Source: Vampirovibrionales bacterium
GTDB lineage: Bacteria; Cyanobacteriota; Vampirovibrionia; Vampirovibrionales; Vampirovibrionaceae
DNA length: 64,000 bases
NCBI GenBank assembly: GCA_035285165.1
Contig: JAYKHP010000027.1
Location: 10,169 to 74,168, forward strand
Reading direction: 5' to 3'
This document shows, piece after piece, positions 51,511-61,914 of the stretch; position 1 is the first letter of the stretch, and each line of letters starts with the position of its first letter. The position numbers and the translations under genes were made by a program. The notes under the pieces are model-generated. The model did not search any database. It was not told where the DNA came from and saw only the letters and a list, made by a program, of their open reading frames with translations.

Positions 51511-51663
51511 CGGCGATTTTTGGGGGCAATTTGAGAGATTGCTTGTTTTTTATTTATATATCAGAAGCCTATCAGATTGTACTTGATCGGTAACGGCTTC
51601 TTGGAATTTTATCCCCTGACAAAATTCCCTGAAAATTCCCGTGTAGAGAGAGGTCCCTGCATT

Positions 51664-51867
51664 ATGATGACTGAGTTAGAACTTTCATTAACCCTCGGCG
51701 TGGTCACAGAGCCCGTCAAAAACCGGGTGAATGTTGACCCTTTGCTTGAAGTTGAAATCATGTTCCTCAAGCAAATTTTCCAGATTGCCCGGATCCAGCG
51801 TGACGAGGTGGGCCATGCTAATCCTGACGCATGGGCAGATCTGTTGCCCTGGCATAGCCTGAATTAA
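51664..51867 (+). CDS. Small hypothetical protein (67 aa)
   Basis: GAGAGG upstream of ATGATG; fills the gap before the convergent tolC-like gene. Confidence 0.45.
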   Translation: MMTELELSLTLGVVTEPVKNRVNVDPLLEVEIMFLKQIFQIARIQRDEVGHANPDAWADLLPWHSLN

Positions 51868-51884
51868 GGCGATTTAAGCAATAT

Positions 51885-53276
51885 TTATGGCGTTACCGTC
51901 TCTGAAGGCTCATCTTCAGGGACGGTTTGCATTTCAGGCAATTCTGGCACTTCAGTTTCAGGTAGTTTCTGCGTTTCAGGCTCTTGCGGCTCCGTCGACT
52001 TTTCAAAATCAAATAACCTTCTGGGACGTTTCTTCTCCAGATCCTTAAGATCAAGCCCGTGAAGGGCCGTGTGGGCCGAAAGCTGGCCCATATCCCTTAA
52101 AAGCTTTGTCCGTGTAGTGTACGCATCAGCAATGGCCGCTATGAAAGCGGCTTCTGCAGACATTCTGCCAAGGGCGATCTCTTCAATATCCTTATCGCTT
52201 GAGAATCCGGCCTCATAGCTCACCTGAATCTGGTAATACGCCTTCTCACTCAGTTGCACCATTGCATAGGCACGTTTTTCAAGGTCACCAGCAGTGGTAA
52301 GATTCTGGTAATCCCTATATGCAACACCCTCTGAAGCCTTTCGTGCTTGCTGGATCAAGGTTTCAAGCCCTTTTAAGTGCGCGGCCCCGGGCGGGGTAAT
52401 TGTTGAGAGGCCAAGATACTTCATCCGAAACTCGTCGCGAACCGCCTCTAGCTGCCTGACTTCAGGGCTATAGTAGCTGGCTGCCGCCATTGCCTGTTTA
52501 GCCTGGAGTTTTTCCGGCAAAATGGGAGGGAAATCCACCTGGTAATGCGTGCCGTCAAAGGTCAGTAGCTTAGGAAAATACAAGGGACGGGTGTCAAGCC
52601 CTGCATTTAATGCCATTGCCTGCGAGGTCTCGGCGTATTTTTTCTGCGCCTCCTTAAAACGCTGGTAGGATTCCAGAAGCTTGGCTTCGCTTTTCAGCAC
52701 TTCGATACTGGTCACATCTCCCAACTCAAAGCGTTCGGCGCTTAAAAGCACTTCTTTTTTGCGTACCCGAAGTTCCTGATACAGCGCGGCCTGCAATAGC
52801 CACTGCTGAATCAAACCAGAATAAGCCGTAATACTATCGAGAATCGCCTGCTGAGTAATGGCCGAACGCATCACGGCGTTTTCTTCCAGCCTTGCCTTGG
52901 GATGATGATCTTCCGTGTTTACCAGGAGCGTTTTTAAGGACAATGCCTCAAAATCATCCGGCAGCGGTTTCCAACGCAACTCATCGATTTCTTTTAATAC
53001 TTCTTCTGCTTGCTGCACACGGATTTCAGATTTCCGGATGGTTTTTTGAAGCGGCGGCATCACCTCGTCCGGCTTGTACTTAGTGCCTTTAAGTGCGGGT
53101 TGCCCTTGAATCTGAGGGGCCTCAGTCGATTTATTCTTTCCCAAAACCGACAGGGCATATGCATTTTCATCTGCCTCTACAAACAGAACACCGGCAAACA
53201 TCATAAGCGCCAAAACCAAAGACGTTATTCTTACGGCGCTTTTGCAAAGCGAAAATCGAAAGCCACGCATCATCAT
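51885..53276 (-). CDS. TolC-family outer membrane efflux protein (divergent)
   Basis: Signal peptide; ERFELGDVTSIEVLKSE and YEAGFSS repeats; downstream of the ABC/HlyD genes. Confidence 0.75.
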   Translation of the reverse strand: MMMRGFRFSLCKSAVRITSLVLALMMFAGVLFVEADENAYALSVLGKNKSTEAPQIQGQPALKGTKYKPDEVMPPLQKTIRKSEIRVQQAEEVLKEIDELRWKPLPDDFEALSLKTLLVNTEDHHPKARLEENAVMRSAITQQAILDSITAYSGLIQQWLLQAALYQELRVRKKEVLLSAERFELGDVTSIEVLKSEAKLLESYQRFKEAQKKYAETSQAMALNAGLDTRPLYFPKLLTFDGTHYQVDFPPILPEKLQAKQAMAAASYYSPEVRQLEAVRDEFRMKYLGLSTITPPGAAHLKGLETLIQQARKASEGVAYRDYQNLTTAGDLEKRAYAMVQLSEKAYYQIQVSYEAGFSSDKDIEEIALGRMSAEAAFIAAIADAYTTRTKLLRDMGQLSAHTALHGLDLKDLEKKRPRRLFDFEKSTEPQEPETQKLPETEVPELPEMQTVPEDEPSETVTP

Positions 53277-53323
53277 ATGGGTATCCTGTTATTCAAAAAA
53301 CTGATCTTACCTGCTCGCTTGCC

Positions 53324-54475
53324 CTAGGCAATCTGCTTCTTGAAGCGCAAAACGCTTGCGCCCATCAGCAGCCCGGCCAGGCCAAGCAGAACGATGGTTT
53401 GAAACCATAACTCCTGGGGGCCTGTTCCCTTAATCACCACGCCCCGGATAATATCAAGGTAATAGGTCATTGGCAGGCAATAGCTTACCATTTTAATAAA
53501 CCAAGGGATCGGCTCAAGGGGAAACACGAAACCTGAAAGCAGAAGACTGGGAAGGAAAAAGCCTGTGGTCACCTGAATCGACTGAACCTGGGTTTGGCAG
53601 GTGGTGGAAATCAAAAGCCCAATGCCAAGCGAGGTGAAAATAAAGACGATCGACGCCAGGCAAAGAAACCAAAAACTGCCGGTTATGGGGATATCAAAAA
53701 ACCAGATCATCACAACCAGGGTAAGAATCATGTCCACAAAGCCAATCGCCGCATAGGGCAATACTTTTCCCACCATCAGATCAGCCGGGCGGATGGGCGT
53801 GACCATCAGTTGCTCAAGCGTTCCCGATTCGCGCTCGCGCACAATGGCAAAACTGGTAAACAAAATGGTCAGCATATGCATGACAATGGCTAAAATGGCG
53901 GGCACCAGAAAGTAAGAGGATTTCATTTCAGGGTTATAAAGAATTTTCGCCCGCATATCCACAAGCCCCGTGCCACCGCCGTTTGAATGCAACTGACCTC
54001 GCTCAAGCATTTCACGCGACTGGTTGGCGACAATCAACTTGGCGCCATTAACGATGGATTGGGCAATCGTTCCTTGCGTGCCGTCAAGCACCACGTCCAC
54101 TTTGGCGTTTTCCTGGCCCAACTGAAGCGTTTCGGAATAATTGGGCGGAATAATAATGCCCACCCTGTACTTCCCCTGGCGAATAGCGCTGACCACCGCC
54201 TCTTGAGAATAGACATACTCCTGAATATCGAAGAGGCGGCTTTTATCAAAGGCCTTTTCAAGCTCAATTGAAGCGTTTTGCTTATCGTAATTGCAAACGA
54301 CAGTGGCAATGTGCTTTAAGTCCCGCTCAACGGCAAGGCCTGTCACTAGTAACTGGACAATGGGAAGCGCAATGATAAAAGCCACCAGATAGGGATCGCG
54401 GAACAGCTGGATAAGCTCCTTCTTGAAGATGGAGCGAACGCCGTTCCAGGTAAGTTCGAGATTGAAAATTTTCAT
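53324..54475 (-). CDS. ABC-2 type exporter permease (YbhR/S-like)
   Basis: KELIQLFRD, RERESGTLEQLMVTP and LSGFVFP motifs. Confidence 0.93.
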   Translation of the reverse strand: MKIFNLELTWNGVRSIFKKELIQLFRDPYLVAFIIALPIVQLLVTGLAVERDLKHIATVVCNYDKQNASIELEKAFDKSRLFDIQEYVYSQEAVVSAIRQGKYRVGIIIPPNYSETLQLGQENAKVDVVLDGTQGTIAQSIVNGAKLIVANQSREMLERGQLHSNGGGTGLVDMRAKILYNPEMKSSYFLVPAILAIVMHMLTILFTSFAIVRERESGTLEQLMVTPIRPADLMVGKVLPYAAIGFVDMILTLVVMIWFFDIPITGSFWFLCLASIVFIFTSLGIGLLISTTCQTQVQSIQVTTGFFLPSLLLSGFVFPLEPIPWFIKMVSYCLPMTYYLDIIRGVVIKGTGPQELWFQTIVLLGLAGLLMGASVLRFKKQIA

Positions 54476-54526
54476 GAGGGTTTAATTTCTTATGATTGTT
54501 ACCGTAGCTGAATCATCATTGAGACC

Positions 54527-55552
54527 TTATTCGAGATCCCCTTCTTCGTCCAGCACACTGTGAATTTCGCCCACAATGGGGTTTTCCTGTTTCAGGCGCT
54601 CTTCATCGGCAATAATATTCGCCTTGGTCAGCGTGACGAAAACGTCTTCAAGGGTCGGCTGGATTTCCCTGAAATCGCGAACCTCAACCCCTGCCTGATG
54701 CAGGTCATCCAGCAGGCGTTGCGTTTCAATGTGATCATTCATCATCACGTGCAGGGCCTGGCCAAAAATCGTCACGTCATTAGCGTAAGGCAGCGCCTTA
54801 ACCGTATTGAACGTTTTCACCAGCGGATAGCAAACCACTTCGACCCGCTTGGTGTCTTCGCCCACCACTTCCCTGGCCTGCTTCAGCTCATCCGGGCCGC
54901 CGCTGACAATCAGCCTGCTGTTGTAAATATAGCCGACATTGCTACAGCGTTCGGCCTCATCCATGTAGTGCGTGGTGACAAAAAGCGTGACGCCTGAACT
55001 GGCAAGCGTAAAGAGCAAATCCCAGAGTTCCCGGCGGGCAACGGGATCCATTGAGGCAGTCGGCTCATCGAGAAAAATAATCTCGGGCTCATGAACCAGC
55101 GCGCAACAAAGGGCCAAACGTTGCTTCCAACCTCCTGAAAGCTGCTTGGCCAGGAATTTTCGATAATGCCCAATCCCCACCAGATCAATGACTTCTTTTT
55201 TTCGCTGCTGGCCCCGTTGCCCTTTGACACCGTACAAATGGGCGTAAAAATCGATATTTTCCTGAACGGTGAGATCTTCATAGAGACTGAATTTCTGGGG
55301 CATATAGCCAATCTTGGATCGAATCAGCTCCGGGTTTTCATTAACATCAATGCCACTGACCACCGCATGGCCAGAAGAAGGCGAAAGCAGACCGCAGAGC
55401 ATTTTAATCGTGGTGGACTTCCCCGAACCGTTGGGCCCCAGAAACCCAAAAATCTCCCCCTTGGCGATGCTGAGGTTCAAGTGATCCACAGCGATTTTCT
55501 CGCCAAAGACCCGCACCAGGTTTTCCGTATAAATAACAGGGGATTGCGTCAT
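54527..55552 (-). CDS. ABC exporter ATP-binding protein (YbhF-like)
   Basis: GPNGSGKST, LSGGWKQR, LDEPT and THYMDEAE motifs. Confidence 0.96.
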   Translation of the reverse strand: MTQSPVIYTENLVRVFGEKIAVDHLNLSIAKGEIFGFLGPNGSGKSTTIKMLCGLLSPSSGHAVVSGIDVNENPELIRSKIGYMPQKFSLYEDLTVQENIDFYAHLYGVKGQRGQQRKKEVIDLVGIGHYRKFLAKQLSGGWKQRLALCCALVHEPEIIFLDEPTASMDPVARRELWDLLFTLASSGVTLFVTTHYMDEAERCSNVGYIYNSRLIVSGGPDELKQAREVVGEDTKRVEVVCYPLVKTFNTVKALPYANDVTIFGQALHVMMNDHIETQRLLDDLHQAGVEVRDFREIQPTLEDVFVTLTKANIIADEERLKQENPIVGEIHSVLDEEGDLE

Positions 55553-55624
55553 GGAAGCGTTAACTTTTAAAGGGAGGGGGTAACTCGTATCAAAAAACCG
55601 GATGTGTAGTTCTTTGCCGTCTTG

Positions 55625-56860
55625 TTAAAACGCGATATGGACATTCATTCCTGCTCGTAAGAACAAGTCTTCGCGTTCGGGCTTGCCCTGCGGCGGCGCA
55701 TTGCCCGGCACCATTACCTTCACCCTGAAAGACGCCTCTTCGCCCTTATCATTGGAAGCGCTCTGGCCTTCAGGAACAAATTCACTTTTCATGCTGATGC
55801 TACTGACCGTGCCGTCATACCAGACCTTGTCAATGGCGCTGGGAATTACGCGCACCTTCTGCCCCACCTGTACCTGGGCCAGTTGTGATTCAGGCACAAA
55901 AACATCCACCCAGAGGTTCTCCGAGTCAATAATCGTCACCACGGGCCTGGCCGGCTGAACAAGTTCACCCTCGGAAACCGTCAACATCGTAATTACGCCC
56001 GAAATCGGCGCCTTAAGCGTCACTTCGGAAAGCTGGGCTTCAAGCGCATCCAGATTGCTTTGCGCCTGGGCAATGGAAGCGTCGGCGATTTCAAGATCCT
56101 GCCGCTTGGCACCCTTGGCTAGTTTTTGGTATTGCGCCTTGGAAGCGCCCAGTTGGGCGCGGGCGATTTGAAGATCTTCAGGGCGAGCGCCGCGCGTGGT
56201 GCTTTTCAAGTTGGCTTCGGCAGCGGCGTACTGGCTTTTAGAGGCATCATAGCCGCTGATGATTTCCTGGTAACGCTGCCTGGAAATAATACCCTCATCC
56301 AACATGCGATCCGCGCTTTTATAGGCCGCTTCGGAGGACTCCAGCTTGAGCTTGGCATTGGCAAGCGTTGTCTTGGCTTGTTCCACTTGCTCAAGAGTGG
56401 CGCCTTGCGAGAGAATTTTCAGCTCCTGGCTGGCTTGCTCCACTTTGGCGGATGCCTGCTTGAGATCACCACTGTCGGTTCCCGCTAGCAACAGGCTTTT
56501 TCTGGCCTGAGCCTGGGTTAAAGTAGCTCTAGCATCGGCAATTTGAGCTCTCAACTCAACATCGTCAAAGCGTACCAGGGGCTGGCCCTCTTTGACCTGT
56601 TCGCCCTCCTTGACCAGAATCGCCAAAACCCTCCCGCCAAAGCGAGAGGCGTTTTTCACTTCCTTGGCCTGCACCAGTCCCGCCAGCTCCAGTGGTTGAG
56701 TTCCCGGCAGGTAGGAGCCAAAATACCAGCCCACAATCGCCACAACAGCAATTAGCAAGGCGATAAAAGCCCATTTCGGTTTTTTTGACTTTTTAGCGGA
56801 CACCACGCTTGCACCGGACTTAGAGGATGTGCTGGCCGAGGTTGGAGTGGTCACAGACAT
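55625..56860 (-). CDS. HlyD-family membrane fusion protein
   Basis: N-terminal TM, lipoyl half-motifs (VKEGEQVKEGQ, APISGVI) and long coiled hairpin. Confidence 0.93.
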   Translation of the reverse strand: MSVTTPTSASTSSKSGASVVSAKKSKKPKWAFIALLIAVVAIVGWYFGSYLPGTQPLELAGLVQAKEVKNASRFGGRVLAILVKEGEQVKEGQPLVRFDDVELRAQIADARATLTQAQARKSLLLAGTDSGDLKQASAKVEQASQELKILSQGATLEQVEQAKTTLANAKLKLESSEAAYKSADRMLDEGIISRQRYQEIISGYDASKSQYAAAEANLKSTTRGARPEDLQIARAQLGASKAQYQKLAKGAKRQDLEIADASIAQAQSNLDALEAQLSEVTLKAPISGVITMLTVSEGELVQPARPVVTIIDSENLWVDVFVPESQLAQVQVGQKVRVIPSAIDKVWYDGTVSSISMKSEFVPEGQSASNDKGEEASFRVKVMVPGNAPPQGKPEREDLFLRAGMNVHIAF

Positions 56861-57180
56861 AGGACGTTACAAAGCTTTCTAAACTCAATCGGTAAAGGAA
56901 CAGCCCGAAAGTTAAGAATACAACGATCGCAAAAACATCAGGATCTTCATTAACAGGGAAGAAGGTAAAACCGGCATCCGGACGCTTGCCCAGACCACCG
57001 TCAGGCTATCGAATTGGAGCCATCGTACCAGAAAAGCGCCAAAGAATTAACCGGACTGGCCCAGATGCAGGCTTAGGGCCCGCGCGATTAATCCACATTA
57101 ACCAAAACCGGCACTTTAGAGGCAGGCGTTATGACAATTTCCTGTTCTGACCCGATGTGTCACAAACATCCTGTAACAGT

Positions 57181-59685
57181 TTAAAAATAAAGATAGAACG
57201 CCTTGTAAGCAACGGGTAAAGCTGATGAAGACGCTTTACCTTGCGATTTTGTTTCCTTGCCGATCGGCTTTTGCCGAAGATGTCCGTACATAAACGGCCC
57301 ATCGGCAATATCTTTCTCGGGAATCTGAAACAACGCCATCCGCAATCTGGCTTTTGCCCCATCGAGTCCAAGCTCGACATACTGCCTCCCGTCCCGCAAG
57401 GCCAGGGCACGATAAATGGAATAAGCGCCCCAATCGGGATTCGGCAGATAATACACGCCACGATTCCCTTGGAAGGACATCGCGGGATAGTCAAGCAGAA
57501 TGTGATAGGGGCGATAGCTCTGGCTTGCTTGAAGGTTGATGCTTATTGCCTTTGGAAGACGTTTATTTTGACTGCGAATGGCTTCAAGCAGATGATTTGG
57601 AATACGGTAAACGCGATATTGACGGAGACTATCGAATGAACGAATCCCTCCCAGAAGATGGGTTTGATTCAACATTCCTTGCGGAAGATCAGACCTGGTA
57701 TAAGACTTTTCAGGTAGAGTAAAACCGTTGACAGAAAGCTTTAGACGGTCTGTCCCGCTATCCAGAACGGGATACACTTCAAGCGCCAAGAAAGTCGCCG
57801 TGGGTTCAATGGTTGTGTCAGGGGATTTTGAAGCCTGATTAAGCCCCAGCCTTTGCCAAAAGATGTGATCGACTGCAATTTCTTGTTTTAAGCCCCGGTG
57901 TTTAGGAATTGCTTCCTGACTTTCAATGACAGCGGAATCCATTATATAAGTAGAGGACAAAATCATTAAGCACAATATTACCAATAGGCAGAGGGGAAAA
58001 GTCTTTGCAGTCTGCCTGAGGCGCTTCAGGTATGACAACTGCCGCCACTCTTTTTTAAATTCAAGGTCAGTTGATTTCGCACGGTCAAACGTAAAAGGAA
58101 ATGCCACTATATAAATCAATACCAGAAAAAAAAGAATTGTAACCAGTATGGGAACGAGCCCTATACCAGGCAACACAGAGGGTATGAATGTGAGATATCG
58201 CGTCAGCAGACTTCCGATGACACTGTAAAAGGTATCAGGAATCTTCTGATAATTGGCAAAGGCAAAAAGCAACAGAATAATGAAGGCGTAGGCGCTACGC
58301 TGCCAGGCATTGAATCTTCCACCGGTCGTAAAATAGCACCACCAGCCGTAAGCCGAAACGACAATAGCAACTGGCATGACAGGCAGCATATAACGCGCTT
58401 CGACATTGGTGAATGCAAAAACAAGGGCCCATGAAAAATATAACACCAGCAACGGAAGAAGTTTCCTGGCCATCTCTCTTCGCTGGGGAATGGCTTTCAG
58501 TGCGGGGTCATCGACTGAGATCACCTGCCCTAAGAAAACAGGCATTAAGTAAAAATGAGGTAACGTCCAGAATAACCCTAAAAGTATAAAGGCATATAGA
58601 AACAATAAAGCATCTGGCGTCATAAAAAACCAGCTCTGCCAGTAGGGATTATCCACAAGGGAAAACAATCTGCCGAGATTTGCAAAATATCCTGCGAGCA
58701 TCATCAGGGGGTCTTGAGTCAGCAGTTGGATGCCTTCGTGAATAGTGCTGTTGCTTACGTTGTCTACCCATAAAACGTCCAGGTTACCAAACGTTTCGGC
58801 AAGCCTGGAAAACGAAGACCAGCCCTCCGTAGACGTAAATTGCCAGAAATAAACACTATCCAGCGGCGTTTGCGGCAACAAGTTGCAAAGCATAAAAAAG
58901 AGCAGCAGGGGGCATAAAACCCAAAGCAGTGATAATTTAACGGCTTGAAGCCAGGTGCTTTCATACCCCAGACCTTTGTGATCTTCTGGATGAAGCGATT
59001 GGCAAAGGCGGATCCATTTGGAAGCGATAAGCCAGGTCACTGGAAATACGATCAGAAACGGAATCACCATACCGCTCTTATGCAGAAGCGTCATCACCAC
59101 GAACAAAGCCGCGCATTGATACCACTTTTTCTGCCAGCACCAGACGCTTAAAAGAAGGCACATCGTCATACTGGTTTCAACCAGAATGCGATCCGTGTGA
59201 AACAACAGCGGGAAATACAAAACACCAAGCGCTAGCGAAATTATAGGAAGCCAGGTTTTAAGACTGCGACTTAACCCGTCGGTATTAACAAGGTTTTTGG
59301 TAATCTGATACACCAGAAGCAGTTGCAACGCCCAAAATGCCGCCTGCTCAATGCGGATGAAATTCAAATAGGCCGTCTTGCCACCCAATGCGGGGAAGGC
59401 CTCAAAAATGGGCATCGAGGGAAAAAGCACACCCAAGATATAGGCAGGGGCACGAAGGAAATGGACGTTAAGCGCGATTGGAAGATGTCCATGGAGCAGT
59501 GAGGCGGCGCTATTGAGATAAACCCGGGCATCATCGCTCAGGGCGTTATGCTCTCTAAGCGTCCATTGGAAAACCAGGCCCATTAAAAAAAGGCCTGTAA
59601 AAATAAGTCCCCCTGAAAAAAACCGTCTTACATCAAGGCGTTTAGTCCGCCTCCGTGTTTCAGTAGCCTCACTCGATGTGGTCAT
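57181..59685 (-). CDS. Multi-pass membrane protein, GT-C glycosyltransferase-like
   Basis: TM followed by an SDDARVY loop, 'RAPAY', 'ILVET' and 'EARYMLPVMP' patterns typical of ArnT/PMT-like proteins; start overlaps the end of the sigma gene. Confidence 0.65.
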   Translation of the reverse strand: MTTSSEATETRRRTKRLDVRRFFSGGLIFTGLFLMGLVFQWTLREHNALSDDARVYLNSAASLLHGHLPIALNVHFLRAPAYILGVLFPSMPIFEAFPALGGKTAYLNFIRIEQAAFWALQLLLVYQITKNLVNTDGLSRSLKTWLPIISLALGVLYFPLLFHTDRILVETSMTMCLLLSVWCWQKKWYQCAALFVVMTLLHKSGMVIPFLIVFPVTWLIASKWIRLCQSLHPEDHKGLGYESTWLQAVKLSLLWVLCPLLLFFMLCNLLPQTPLDSVYFWQFTSTEGWSSFSRLAETFGNLDVLWVDNVSNSTIHEGIQLLTQDPLMMLAGYFANLGRLFSLVDNPYWQSWFFMTPDALLFLYAFILLGLFWTLPHFYLMPVFLGQVISVDDPALKAIPQRREMARKLLPLLVLYFSWALVFAFTNVEARYMLPVMPVAIVVSAYGWWCYFTTGGRFNAWQRSAYAFIILLLFAFANYQKIPDTFYSVIGSLLTRYLTFIPSVLPGIGLVPILVTILFFLVLIYIVAFPFTFDRAKSTDLEFKKEWRQLSYLKRLRQTAKTFPLCLLVILCLMILSSTYIMDSAVIESQEAIPKHRGLKQEIAVDHIFWQRLGLNQASKSPDTTIEPTATFLALEVYPVLDSGTDRLKLSVNGFTLPEKSYTRSDLPQGMLNQTHLLGGIRSFDSLRQYRVYRIPNHLLEAIRSQNKRLPKAISINLQASQSYRPYHILLDYPAMSFQGNRGVYYLPNPDWGAYSIYRALALRDGRQYVELGLDGAKARLRMALFQIPEKDIADGPFMYGHLRQKPIGKETKSQGKASSSALPVAYKAFYLYF

Positions 59686-60358
59686 TCTCTTTTAGGTACT
59701 CGCGCACAAGATCCAATGACGCCTGGACGATGCGGGTAATCCGGGAGCTTGAGAGGCCCACCATCGCCGCGATGTCCTTCACCTGCATATTACGATAAAA
59801 ACGGTACTCCATAATCGTGCGCTCTTTGGTGGGCAACGCTTCAATGGCCCGCTTGATAGCGCGGCCAAGCTCAACGATTTCCAGTCGCTCCTCAGGCGTT
59901 GAGGATCCGTCTTTCAGGAAGTCGTAAGGCGAATCACCGTCACTGCTGTCCTGAATCCCCTCAATGGAGAGAATGGTTTCATAAACCGCTTCACGGACGT
60001 TCTCTGAAGACGCTCCGGATTTTTGCTCGCCTGACGTATTGACGCTGTCGGTACTTTCTCCGCCAGGCGTCTCTTCCGTCTCCGGCTTGTTGTGTTTCAG
60101 CGTGTACCACTTGTAACGGGTGCGCAGTTCGTTTCTAATCGCCCAGCGGGTGGCTGTTGCGATATAAGAGGTGTTCATTTTTTCGATTTGCTCAGGCGAC
60201 TTGTTTTTCAGCAGCGACTGAATCGCAATCGCCCCGATACTGACCAGCTCCTCGTAGTCCACCATATGCTGGGGGATACGGCGGTACTCAACTTTCGCCA
60301 CGCGCTCAACGAGGGGAAGATACTTGGTGACGTTAACTTTTTGTTGACGGGCTGTCAC
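59669..60358 (-). CDS. FliA/WhiG-like sigma-70 family factor (divergent region 2)
   Basis: KYLPLVERVA, DYEELVSIG and WAIRNELR; region 4 LPTKER...KDIAAMVGLSSSRI. Confidence 0.88.
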   Translation of the reverse strand: MTARQQKVNVTKYLPLVERVAKVEYRRIPQHMVDYEELVSIGAIAIQSLLKNKSPEQIEKMNTSYIATATRWAIRNELRTRYKWYTLKHNKPETEETPGGESTDSVNTSGEQKSGASSENVREAVYETILSIEGIQDSSDGDSPYDFLKDGSSTPEERLEIVELGRAIKRAIEALPTKERTIMEYRFYRNMQVKDIAAMVGLSSSRITRIVQASLDLVREYLKENDHIE

Positions 60359-60452
60359 AAACGTTACCTGTGTTACACATGCTCACATAACGAAAAAGCG
60401 TTAGGGTTTTTGTATGGATACTTCGCTTCAACTACTCAGGGGCTTATATCAT

Positions 60453-61595
60453 TCAGGTTTCAGTATCGGAAGAGGCAGACTCTGGAGCGTTTTCTACCGG
60501 AGTGTTTGGAACCTGCCTTTGAGGCAATTGGTTGGGCGGGGTGACGCCGCGCGCGCGCCAGGCGAACATGAGGATTTCAGCGACCGCCTGGTATAGATCC
60601 GGAGGAATTTCCTGGTCGATTTCAACGAAACGGAAAAGGGTTCTGGCGACAACAGGGTTTTCAACGATGGGAATCCCGTTATCCTGGGCGATTTCCTTGA
60701 TTCTTTGGGCAAACAGCTCAGTGCCTTTGGCAACGACCCTGGGCGCCTCCATCATCTCTGCATTATACTTCAGGGCGACGGCGACGTGTATGGGATTGGT
60801 CGTAACTACATCGGCTGTAGGAACCGCCTCCAGCATACTTTGCTGCAACAGTTGCATCCGCCTTTGGCGAAGCGCCTGTTTAATCATCGGATCGCCTTCC
60901 GTATTCTTGAATTCATCCTTCATTTCCTTGAAGGACATTTTCTGATCCTGCATGAACTTCCAGCGCTGAAAGAGGAAATCAGCCAGACCAATGGCAAAAA
61001 ACGCAATCCCGGCGTAGAGAATAAACTTGGTCAGCACCTCCCCTAGCACCGTCATGATGACAAAGATGTTTTCGGCCTCCCCCACCTTCAGAAGCTTTTC
61101 AATATAGCTTGAAAAGACAAGATAGCCCACCACGCCAAGGATTAAAACCTTAACAATATTCTTGGCAAGCTCTACAAGCGTTCTTTGGGAAAAAATATTC
61201 TGAAACCCCTTAACCGGGTTCAGTTTTCCAAAATTAGGGCTTAAGCTTTTGGTGGAAAAAATGGGCCCTACCTGAAAGAAGTCTCCGGCGATCGATAACA
61301 GGGCCGCCCCAAAAAGGAAGGGAGCAATCAAAATGACCAAGGCTTTCAGGGAAATTACCGCCAAATACTGCCAACCAATTTTTTCAATGGTAGCGTTCGG
61401 GATTTGCTCGAAGACCTGGATAAAAAGACCTGCAATCTCGTGCCAGATCAGCGGGGCTGCGGCAAAAAGCCCCATAAACATGGCAATCAGAAACGCCGCG
61501 CTTGAAAGATCCTTGCTTTTAAAGACCTGACCCTGCTCGCGGGCTTTTCTCAGCTTATGCGGTGTTGCCTCAAACTGTTTATTCTCATCTCCCAC
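60453..61595 (-). CDS. flhB: Type III export switch protein FlhB/EscU family
   Basis: ATPHKLRKAREQGQV, 4 TM segments, KMSxxEMKDEFKNTEGDP, NPIH, APRVVAKG and YQAVAEIL motifs. Confidence 0.93.
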   Translation of the reverse strand: MGDENKQFEATPHKLRKAREQGQVFKSKDLSSAAFLIAMFMGLFAAAPLIWHEIAGLFIQVFEQIPNATIEKIGWQYLAVISLKALVILIAPFLFGAALLSIAGDFFQVGPIFSTKSLSPNFGKLNPVKGFQNIFSQRTLVELAKNIVKVLILGVVGYLVFSSYIEKLLKVGEAENIFVIMTVLGEVLTKFILYAGIAFFAIGLADFLFQRWKFMQDQKMSFKEMKDEFKNTEGDPMIKQALRQRRMQLLQQSMLEAVPTADVVTTNPIHVAVALKYNAEMMEAPRVVAKGTELFAQRIKEIAQDNGIPIVENPVVARTLFRFVEIDQEIPPDLYQAVAEILMFAWRARGVTPPNQLPQRQVPNTPVENAPESASSDTET

Positions 61596-61914
61596 GTCCG
61601 AGGGAATCCTTTTAGCGTTACTCTCTTCAGCACTCTGGTCATGGCCCTTAAGCGCATTAACCAGGAACTTTAATCCACTCTACAAAAGATGCCGCCCAAA
61701 AACCGTGCGCCAAGGCATTCTGGCCTTAAAGCTTTACATCATGTAATATTGAAGCCCTTTTTCTGATAAGAGGACGCATTTTTCCTGATTTTCAAGTGTT
61801 TATATAAATGTATATACTGTATATCCCGACCAACAGATACCGCTGTTGTCTCTTGACACCCTTTGGGATACGAATTGGATTTATTCAGGCAAGCACATAA
61901 AGGCCACCTTTTTG

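Noticed and set aside
51885-56860. HlyD/ABC/TolC cluster as a toxin or bacteriocin secretion system
   Set aside because: The architecture matches ordinary YbhG/F/S/R-type exporters; there is no peptidase-ABC fusion or adjacent RTX/precursor gene.
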